Assembly: GCA_048940925.1 (NCBI GenBank)
Contig: JBHLOC010000018.1
Span: 8,415 to 72,414, forward strand
DNA from: Promethearchaeota archaeon
Lineage (GTDB): Archaea > Asgardarchaeota > Lokiarchaeia > Sigyniarchaeales > SOKP01
Reading direction: 5' to 3'
Length of the DNA stretch: 64,000 bases
Part shown: piece after piece, positions 56,383 through 64,000 of the stretch
Numbering within the stretch: the stretch's first letter is position 1
Layout: each line of letters starts with the position of its first letter
Notes under the pieces: generated by a model
Told to the model about the DNA's origin: nothing
What the model saw: the letters and a program-made list of their open reading frames with translations, nothing else
Databases searched by the model: none
Position numbers and translations under genes: made by a program

Positions 56383-58710
56383 TTAATTTTTGAGCAATTC
56401 TTTTTTATTATTTTCTATTAGTATATTTAAAAGCTTACGAGCTCCCTCTTTTGATAAATGCTGATTTTGATTTCCACACTTTGGAGAGTATATACAACCT
56501 CCACAACCTTCAGAACAGTTACAGGAATTTAATAGTTCATACGTCAAAAAAAATAACTTTTCTAATTTTTGATATAATAATTCTGAAATTCCTATACCTC
56601 CTCTATATGCATCATAAATATAGATTATTGGTTGTTGTTTCACGGGGTCAAAATCTATTGAAACACCGCCCAAATCCCATCGGGAAATTTGAGCTAATGT
56701 TGGCGCTATTGCTATCATAGCATGTTCAATAGCATGGATACAATCACCTATTAAATACCCTTTTGCCTCAATTTCTTTTTGATAATCAAAAGGTATTAGG
56801 AACCAAAGTGCCTGACTCTCAAATTCAATAAGAGGGATATCTTCTAATGGGTGTCGTGACCGAATTTCTTGAGTTACGGTATCAATAACTTTATAGGAGT
56901 AATATTGATGTTCTACTTTTACATTGCCGAAAAAGGCTTCAATTTCGTTATTTGGGCCGATTTTACTTTCAGATATTATTTCGAGGGGAGTAATATCTGT
57001 ATGTTTTAAAGATTGAGTATAATAATCAACATTTGCTTTTTTCAAATATATTAGCCTCTTAATTAAATCGAGTTCTTCCACTATATACATCTCTGCTTCG
57101 TATAAATAAACAGCTCCCTCATGTAGATCGCGAAAAACATAACTTTCATCCTCAACAGTTAAGAGTTCTTCACTTGAATCAGTTCTAAGTAAAATTTTAT
57201 AACTCTTAGTCGAGAGATCATTTAGTCCAAATCTCTCATTGGGAAAGAAATCACTATTCCAATAATACTTATCACCTCTATGCATAATAAAAGATTCTGA
57301 AACCAATTCTTCCAAACATTCTATAAATAAATCTTTATTATTAATACCAAATTTCTCAAAATCACCGATTTTAATGGGAATTTCTTTAGATCCACAACAT
57401 AAGTGATTTTTTATAAGATATTTATTGTTTAATGTAATAAGAATATCTTCTTTAATAGGTCCAAATAACTGATCAGGATTATGAATATAAAATAAATCTA
57501 ATGGATTAGTCATAGGAATGAGTGTTGATATAGAGAGATCAGTTCCTCTTCCAGAACGTCCAATTTGTTGTTTAAAACTTGAAATAGTTCCTGGAAAACC
57601 CGAAGTAATTGTAGCGTTTAAATCGCCTATATCAATTCCTAATTCAAGAGCATTAGTAGAACTTATACCTAAAATCTTTTTATTTTTAAAATTTTGCTCT
57701 ATTTCCCTTCTTTTTGTCTTACTTATTCCTGCTCGATAACTATATATTTTATCTTTTAACCTAGGAATAGCATTTCGAGTCCAAATTGCCTGTAATTCAG
57801 CCATTTTTCTTGAAAGTGTAAAAGTCAGCGTTTGAATTCCATTCTTAAATTTTAAATGACTTACAAATAAATTCTTAGTTTCTTGATGAGCTGATCGATA
57901 TTTATTAGAAACTTCATCATATGGTAAATCCCATAGTATCACTTTTTTAGTACCTGAAGGAGAATCATCTTTCTCAATAATAACAAATTCTTCACCAACT
58001 AATTTCTCAGAAAATTCTTTTGGATTATGAATTGTAGCACTTGATAAGATCCATTGTGGGTTAATATTATAAGTCTCAAGCATTCGTTTTAATCTTCTAA
58101 GTAATAATGCAAAATTTGAGCCAAAAATCCCCCGATATATATGAATTTCATCCAATACAATATATTTAAGATTTTGACATATTCTCCTCCACTTTTGTTT
58201 AAACCAAGGTAAATAAAAATGAAGTCCATAAGGATTAGTAATGATAATATTAGCGTTAGATAACACAAGTCTTTTTTGGTTAGCCTCTACATCTCCATCG
58301 TAAACACCAACTCTATTTTGTTTAATATTTGTCTCTGATAATAGTTTTGATAAAATTGCATGTTGATCTCTAGCTAATGCTTTAGTTGGGAAGATATAAA
58401 TTGCTGTTGTTTTAGGGTCTTTAAAAATTGATTGTAATACAGGGATATTGTAACAAAGAGATTTTCCAGATGCGGTAGAAGTAACTATAACTGTATTTTT
58501 ACCATTGCCAATCATATTTATTGCTTCTGCTTGGTGTCTCCATAATTTAATATTATTTTCATCAAGCCAGCGTTGGAGTCGTTTTCTAAGAGGTTCTTTC
58601 AGATCACCATATTGAGCTTTCTTTTCAGGAATATGTTCTATATGACATATTTGATTATGATAATAATCTTGAGATTTTATGAACTCTAAAAATTCCTCGA
58701 AATCAACCAT
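56383..58710 (-). CDS. Hrq1/YprA(MrfA)-like SF2 helicase with DUF1998 zinc domain
   Basis: TASGKS, PTKALA, DEIH, SAT, ELGIDIG, QQIGRSGR, C-terminal CNC..GC.GC....KCG. Confidence 0.92.
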   Translation of the reverse strand: MVDFEEFLEFIKSQDYYHNQICHIEHIPEKKAQYGDLKEPLRKRLQRWLDENNIKLWRHQAEAINMIGNGKNTVIVTSTASGKSLCYNIPVLQSIFKDPKTTAIYIFPTKALARDQHAILSKLLSETNIKQNRVGVYDGDVEANQKRLVLSNANIIITNPYGLHFYLPWFKQKWRRICQNLKYIVLDEIHIYRGIFGSNFALLLRRLKRMLETYNINPQWILSSATIHNPKEFSEKLVGEEFVIIEKDDSPSGTKKVILWDLPYDEVSNKYRSAHQETKNLFVSHLKFKNGIQTLTFTLSRKMAELQAIWTRNAIPRLKDKIYSYRAGISKTKRREIEQNFKNKKILGISSTNALELGIDIGDLNATITSGFPGTISSFKQQIGRSGRGTDLSISTLIPMTNPLDLFYIHNPDQLFGPIKEDILITLNNKYLIKNHLCCGSKEIPIKIGDFEKFGINNKDLFIECLEELVSESFIMHRGDKYYWNSDFFPNERFGLNDLSTKSYKILLRTDSSEELLTVEDESYVFRDLHEGAVYLYEAEMYIVEELDLIKRLIYLKKANVDYYTQSLKHTDITPLEIISESKIGPNNEIEAFFGNVKVEHQYYSYKVIDTVTQEIRSRHPLEDIPLIEFESQALWFLIPFDYQKEIEAKGYLIGDCIHAIEHAMIAIAPTLAQISRWDLGGVSIDFDPVKQQPIIYIYDAYRGGIGISELLYQKLEKLFFLTYELLNSCNCSEGCGGCIYSPKCGNQNQHLSKEGARKLLNILIENNKKELLKN

Positions 58711-58948
58711 AAATAGTCTAACTATCTATAATGTTCAATATCAATTAAAAATTATAAAGAGAATAGGATTAATTATTTTCCAAAAAAGTTTCTTAATTTA
58801 CCATAATTGAAAAAATAATTCAGGTTCTTTTTGATATAGCTTTTGGAAATAGAATATATTGCTATTTATCTACTACAATTTTAAAAATACTAACATTTTA
58901 ATGAAATCGTATCAAATTTATATAAACAACTATCTATTTTTGTATAAA

Positions 58949-59947
58949 ATGACTGACATTGACTGGGAAAAAATCGAATTTTTACAATTTTTAAATGAAT
59001 ATGATAAAGATATTATTATTCAAAATGCTCCAGAATTATTATATTCAAAAAAAGATAAAGAACATGAAGCATTCAATTCTTTAATTGCATTTTTTTTCCT
59101 TTCTGGGGCATTACTGATTTATATTGCTCTTAGTTATTTTCTAGCATCTGTCTATTTCAATTTAATTTTATTAATTGTTGTAATAATTATAGCAGGGATT
59201 ATTGACGTTTTATTATTTATTAATTATATTAAATCTAATGTATATATTAAACCATTAGAATGTTGGGTCGAAATTTTCAAAGGTAAAGAACAAGATGATT
59301 TTAATTTTTATTGTTTTGTTTATTATCCCGTGTTTTCTGGAAAATGTCATCCCAATGAAGCTAAGAATGCTATTTTGAAACTCTATCAAGAACAAATCTT
59401 AAGGAGTAAAATTGATATTACTCAAATTGAAGTTTATTTAAAGATAAGTAAACAAAGTCATAAAAAAATTGGTTATTTTTTTCAATATGCTGAAGGGAAA
59501 TCTTTTATTTATGAGGAAGTAAATCGCAATTCTTGGAAATTTTTTTCATCTGATATATCAGGAGATGATAATTTTATTGCAATAGCAAATTGGTATCACC
59601 AGTTTGAATGGCGTAATGATCTTGAATTCGATTTTGACAAATTACATGAATATGCTCCTTGGGTTATTCAAAGATGGGATGCTGACAATTTAAAACCCTT
59701 AAATGATGATTTTAAAAAAAAAATTAATTGGGATTTGAGAGATATTAACTCAAGCCCAAAATTAAAACCATGGTTAGATAATTTTGAAGATCAAGCTTAT
59801 GAAAATCCAAAGCCTGATAGAGAAATGAGAATAATTAATGAAGCTATTGATAAAATTATAGGATATGAAAAAGAAATAAAAAAAGCAAGAGATATAAAAG
59901 AAGAACTTCCGATGTTTAAATCATATTTTAGGGATTTAAATTTCTAA
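58949..59947 (+). CDS. Hypothetical membrane protein (2 TM segments)
   Basis: ORF 58859..59947; likely ATG start at 58949. Confidence 0.7.
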   Translation: MTDIDWEKIEFLQFLNEYDKDIIIQNAPELLYSKKDKEHEAFNSLIAFFFLSGALLIYIALSYFLASVYFNLILLIVVIIIAGIIDVLLFINYIKSNVYIKPLECWVEIFKGKEQDDFNFYCFVYYPVFSGKCHPNEAKNAILKLYQEQILRSKIDITQIEVYLKISKQSHKKIGYFFQYAEGKSFIYEEVNRNSWKFFSSDISGDDNFIAIANWYHQFEWRNDLEFDFDKLHEYAPWVIQRWDADNLKPLNDDFKKKINWDLRDINSSPKLKPWLDNFEDQAYENPKPDREMRIINEAIDKIIGYEKEIKKARDIKEELPMFKSYFRDLNF

Positions 59948-61490
59948 ACATCTCTTTATTCCTTTTATAAATCTTCAAATACTCACTAAATAACTTCTCA
60001 TAAATTCTTTTGTTTTTAGAATTAGGAGCATATTTATTCTTAATTTTAATCAAGGGAATCGCATCTGAAAAATTGTTTAGCATCCCTAAACCAACCATAG
60101 AGATAATTGCAGAACCTTTAGCAGCAGATAGATCGGGATCTTCCATTTGTATAATATCTCGTCCTAAAATGTCTGCTAAAATTTGACACCACAAATCCGA
60201 CTTAGCACCACCTCCGATAAAATTGATTTCTTTAGTTTTTCCAACTAGTTTTTCTATATAAATCAATGCCCATTTGATATTATATGCAACACCCTCATAT
60301 ACTGCCCTTAATAGGTCTTCTCTTTTATGATTTAGTCCTAAATTGTAAAATCCACCTCGAACATTAGGATTATTTAAAGGACTTCGTTCTCCAAACATCC
60401 ACGGTGTAAATATTAGATTCTTAGCTCCAATTTCTGTTTTTGCAACAATAGAATCCAAATATGCATAAAAGTCATTTTTATTTTCTTTAAATTTTTCTAT
60501 ATCTGCATTAAACGTTTGATTTATAATCCAATCGAGACAAGCTCCTCCTGTTTCTTGTTTTGAAATACATAAGTAATTATCTTGCGAAGAGCATATACTA
60601 CCTGTATAGTGGAGAAGATCTTTCAATCGTTCTGAGGTGTGAGCTGCAACCCAGTCAGCAGTTCCTAAACATATAATTGGTCGATTATTCAAAATTGCTC
60701 CTGAACCTATTGCAGCAGAAGTTAAATCACCAGAGCCAACTAAAACAGGAATTCCTGGTTTTAACCCTAACTCTTCTGAAGCATTGGGTGTCAGTTCTCC
60801 CGCAATTTCTACAGCTTTTTTTATCTGAGGTAATTTTTCTTTATCTATTTTAAACTTAGTTAATATCTTTTCTGACCATATAAATTTATCAATATTACTA
60901 TCCATCATCCAAGAGGTATTACCTAAGTCTCTTGAAGTAACAACATTATTAGTACATCGATAGATAATAAAATCCTTAACACTTAGAAATTTAAAGGTTT
61001 TTTCATATAATTCTGGATAATTTTCTTTTATCCATAAAATATGAGATATGGGATCTTTTCCGTTATGTCCAGGAGCACCACCTGTGATTTTAAGAAACAT
61101 GAGTAATTTCCTTAATCCAAAACCTGAAATTTTTATAATGCCCTTTGAAAATTTTCGTGTTGTAATAGCGGCACGTGTATCTAACCAACTAATACAGCTC
61201 ATTAAGGGGTAACCATTTTTGTCTATAGGTACAGTACAATTCATTTGACAATCGAATATTAAAGCTATTATTTGCTCTGAGTTTATATTACTCTTTTGAA
61301 TTAAATTTTGAGTTGCTCTTTTTACCGCTTTCCAAAAATCTTCTGTATTTTGTTCTGCCCATCCCGGTTTAGGATATTCTAATGGATAATCTTCTTTAAT
61401 TTGAGCTACTAAATTTAGTTTCAAATCAAATAATGCCCCTTTATTTCCAGATGTTCCTAAATCATGAGTTAATATATATTTTTGTTCCAA
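59928..61490 (-). CDS. FGGY-family carbohydrate kinase (xylulokinase-like)
   Basis: HDLGTSG, PGWAEQ, WLDTR, GERSP, EGVA, GGGAKS. Confidence 0.9.
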   Translation of the reverse strand: MEQKYILTHDLGTSGNKGALFDLKLNLVAQIKEDYPLEYPKPGWAEQNTEDFWKAVKRATQNLIQKSNINSEQIIALIFDCQMNCTVPIDKNGYPLMSCISWLDTRAAITTRKFSKGIIKISGFGLRKLLMFLKITGGAPGHNGKDPISHILWIKENYPELYEKTFKFLSVKDFIIYRCTNNVVTSRDLGNTSWMMDSNIDKFIWSEKILTKFKIDKEKLPQIKKAVEIAGELTPNASEELGLKPGIPVLVGSGDLTSAAIGSGAILNNRPIICLGTADWVAAHTSERLKDLLHYTGSICSSQDNYLCISKQETGGACLDWIINQTFNADIEKFKENKNDFYAYLDSIVAKTEIGAKNLIFTPWMFGERSPLNNPNVRGGFYNLGLNHKREDLLRAVYEGVAYNIKWALIYIEKLVGKTKEINFIGGGAKSDLWCQILADILGRDIIQMEDPDLSAAKGSAIISMVGLGMLNNFSDAIPLIKIKNKYAPNSKNKRIYEKLFSEYLKIYKRNKEMFRNLNP

Positions 61491-61716
61491 ATTTATCCCC
61501 TTATTTTTTGAATATTAATAATATGTATTGAATTTGAATTATTAATAATTTCTAAATTTTTGCCAGTTTTTTGAAAGGAGGTCTTTTTCTTCTATTCTTA
61601 ATAATATAAATAGCGGGTAACTATATTATTTATAATTTCATAATAAAAACTTATAGCAAGTTATATAAAAAGATAAAAAAGAATCAAAATAATAGGAAGA
61701 AAAAAAGGTAAATACT

Positions 61717-63141
61717 ATGGAATACATAAGCGATATTTCGAGTCTTGAAATTCCAACAAACAAAATTTCTTATAATAAAAAATCTCATGTGTTATCAGTA
61801 GAAATTTTGGAATTCATGTTTGTAGGGATTTATAAAAAATCTACAAGGATTAGTAAAATTTTAGATGATATCTACGCCTCTTTAGGTGAAATTCATATTA
61901 ACCGCAACGATATAAGTTTTGTCGATTATTATACTAATATCAAAATCTCTGAAACTGATAAACTAAAACATTTAAAATTAGTAGAAAAAGAGAAAATAGA
62001 AAAAGAAGACAAAAAATTAGTTGATAAACGTAAGTTTGAGGAAGAAGAAATAGAAGATTTATTTGAAGTTGAAGAAGAACTCATTGATGAAGATAGAGCA
62101 AGGATGACTTCTGCAGTCGACGATGCTGAATTTACGGCAATAAAATATGAAGAGGAAAAAGTAGTGAAAAGAGATGAGATGGAAAAGAAAGAAATAGTAA
62201 GAGAAAAGGAAGTTACAAAAGCTAAAAAAAAAAGAGCTGAGATACCTCCCCCAGCACCTCCCGCAGGTGGTGCAGCTCCAGCAAGAAAGGCACCCTTTCC
62301 ACCTAGTGAAGCTCCAAAAGCTGAACCCACAACTACAGAGGCTCCTCCTCCACCTCCTTCTGATATATTAGCAGGACCAAAAGCTCCTGCTGCTTCAGAA
62401 CCTGTATCATCAATAATTGCTCCAGAAGAAGAACCTCAACTAAGTGTTTATGAGATTAATATGGGACTTCAATATTATTCTGTAATGATGGAACAAAGGA
62501 GCTATTTGTTTTACGTTTATTTTTCACATAAAGAGTTGAAAATTGTCGATGAAGAAGGGAAAACCATTTATGAGACAACAATTAAAATAGTAACCAAAAA
62601 AGCAGAGCCTCCAGTTTTAGATTTAAAAATCGAAGGGGAAGGTTTTGAGGTGCATCCGATATTTGGGAAAGTAGAAGTGAAGAAAGATGCAGTGAATCCG
62701 CCTGTTATGATTTTTTCAATTATGCCACTAAAGTCGAAGAAAGAGAAAAAGAAAAAAAAAGAAAGCGAAAGGAGATTTTTAAATGTATATATCGAATTTG
62801 AAGAAAAAATCATCAGTCATACAATCCTATCTATAATTGTGCAACCAAAGTATTTCCGACTTGAACTTGGACCAATACATTTAAATCTCAGTAAAAGAAC
62901 AGCAACAATAATTTCTTTTATATCAATATTAATTGCAGGAGTTTCCTTGGTATATACATCATTATCTATTGACCCCTCTTCAACATTCATGGATCTATTA
63001 AGTGGATTCGCACCTGGTTTAGGTTCAATAACATTTATTGCTATTTTCTTAGTAACTTTATTCAAGGAAGGAATTTATCCACTTAAAGAGAAAATTAGTG
63101 CTTTTCTAAATTTTGATCAAGCAGGAGTTCTAATAAAATAA
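61717..63141 (+). CDS. Membrane-anchored protein with charged and Pro/Ala-rich low-complexity linker
   Basis: E/K-rich segment, PPPAPP...APPPPPS, beta-rich domain, 2 C-terminal TM segments. Confidence 0.75.
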   Translation: MEYISDISSLEIPTNKISYNKKSHVLSVEILEFMFVGIYKKSTRISKILDDIYASLGEIHINRNDISFVDYYTNIKISETDKLKHLKLVEKEKIEKEDKKLVDKRKFEEEEIEDLFEVEEELIDEDRARMTSAVDDAEFTAIKYEEEKVVKRDEMEKKEIVREKEVTKAKKKRAEIPPPAPPAGGAAPARKAPFPPSEAPKAEPTTTEAPPPPPSDILAGPKAPAASEPVSSIIAPEEEPQLSVYEINMGLQYYSVMMEQRSYLFYVYFSHKELKIVDEEGKTIYETTIKIVTKKAEPPVLDLKIEGEGFEVHPIFGKVEVKKDAVNPPVMIFSIMPLKSKKEKKKKKESERRFLNVYIEFEEKIISHTILSIIVQPKYFRLELGPIHLNLSKRTATIISFISILIAGVSLVYTSLSIDPSSTFMDLLSGFAPGLGSITFIAIFLVTLFKEGIYPLKEKISAFLNFDQAGVLIK

Positions 63142-63587
63142 CTTTTCTATAATTTTCTTTTAACTTTTTTATTTTTTACACATTTTTATCTTTTACACCT
63201 AGATTTTATTTCATATTAAATATCCAATGATTCAGTTGAGTTTTTACAGTTACAGCTCCTTCCCTCAAAGAACAGTATTTATAAAAAAAATTTATTAAAA
63301 TAACCTTTTATTTAATTAATTAGTTATTTATCTTTTTAATAAAAAGCTAAACCTTTTATAACGTTTAATAATATAATATTTCGATAAAAAAGAGATTTAG
63401 AACTAAAAGAAATTCAAAAAATATTTCTCGAGATATTTTGAAATGAAAAAATTGAATTTTTGCGAATATTTTCAACTAATTATGACAAAAAAGATATTGC
63501 AAAGCAAATAAATTTCTGATACTTTGGTTATATAAACCATTTCCCTTTAAAGATATTTAAAAATATGAATGAAAAAGGTGGATCATA

Positions 63588-64000
63588 ATAATTGATAGGA
63601 ATAAAATAGAAGGTCTAATTCTAGCAGCAGGTAATTCTAGTAGGTTTAATTTTAAAGATAATAGATTTAAAAAGTATTTTTTGAGGTTGAACAATTCTAA
63701 TATTTTAGGGTATATTATTGCTGGAATGATTGAAGCAGGAATCAGAAAAATAAAGATTGTTGCTAGTAAAATTTCTAATAAATTAAGATACAAAAAAAGA
63801 ATTTTAAAATCTATAGTTCCACCATTAATAAATTTACGTAATATTAAATTAGATGTCATTGAAAATAAAATTCTAGAGAGGGAAAATGGATATAGCATGA
63901 TTTTAGGGCTCAATACAATTTCTTCTAAATATATTTTATTATCAATGGCAGATCATATATTTTCAAAAAACGTATTTTCTCAAATGGTAAAGAACTATAA
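63588..64000 (+). CDS. Nucleotidyltransferase (IPCT/LicC-like NTP transferase), partial at the right edge
   Basis: Manual translation ...KIEGLILAAGNSSRF...RENGYS...LSMADHIF. No ATG/GTG/TTG between the upstream in-frame stop and LAAG; ATA and ATT follow AGGTGG. Confidence 0.8.
   Translation, partial: MIDRNKIEGLILAAGNSSRFNFKDNRFKKYFLRLNNSNILGYIIAGMIEAGIRKIKIVASKISNKLRYKKRILKSIVPPLINLRNIKLDVIENKILERENGYSMILGLNTISSKYILLSMADHIFSKNVFSQMVKNY

Noticed and set aside
1-64000. tRNA genes, transposases and integrases
   Set aside because: None recognised by eye; split or intron-containing tRNAs could be missed without a covariance-model search.

Overview
AT-rich archaeal chromosomal window, most likely an Asgard archaeon of the Lokiarchaeia type. 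The inference rests on four Rab-like small GTPases, a longin/roadblock protein, eukaryote-type ribosomal protein eL22, form III RuBisCO with R15P isomerase, and archaeal aIF2-gamma, aIF1A, Spt5 and TFS. Gene content is mostly housekeeping and metabolism plus a duplicated ABC-exporter cluster. Three things stand out that the ORF track misses. (1) A circularly permuted 5S rRNA gene (41162-41282): the 3' half precedes the 5' half, helix I is closed by a UUCG loop, and the new ends sit in a bulge-helix-bulge(-like) stem whose cleavage and ligation would regenerate the canonical CCGAACCCGGAA|GUUAA junction. (2) The aIF2-gamma gene is interrupted inside the P-loop lysine codon by a 30-nt stop-containing insert with bulge-helix-bulge geometry, i.e. 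a candidate archaeal mRNA intron (37444-37473). (3) A circularly permuted (G3-G4-G5-G1-G2) Rab-like GTPase with a C-terminal membrane anchor (52255-53085). Also seen: a 35-aa tandem-repeat protein, apparent ATA/ATT start codons, an att-like duplication of the aIF1A 3' end, and decayed gene scars around the ABC cluster. All calls come from reading the sequence and motifs by eye; no searches or folding programs were run.
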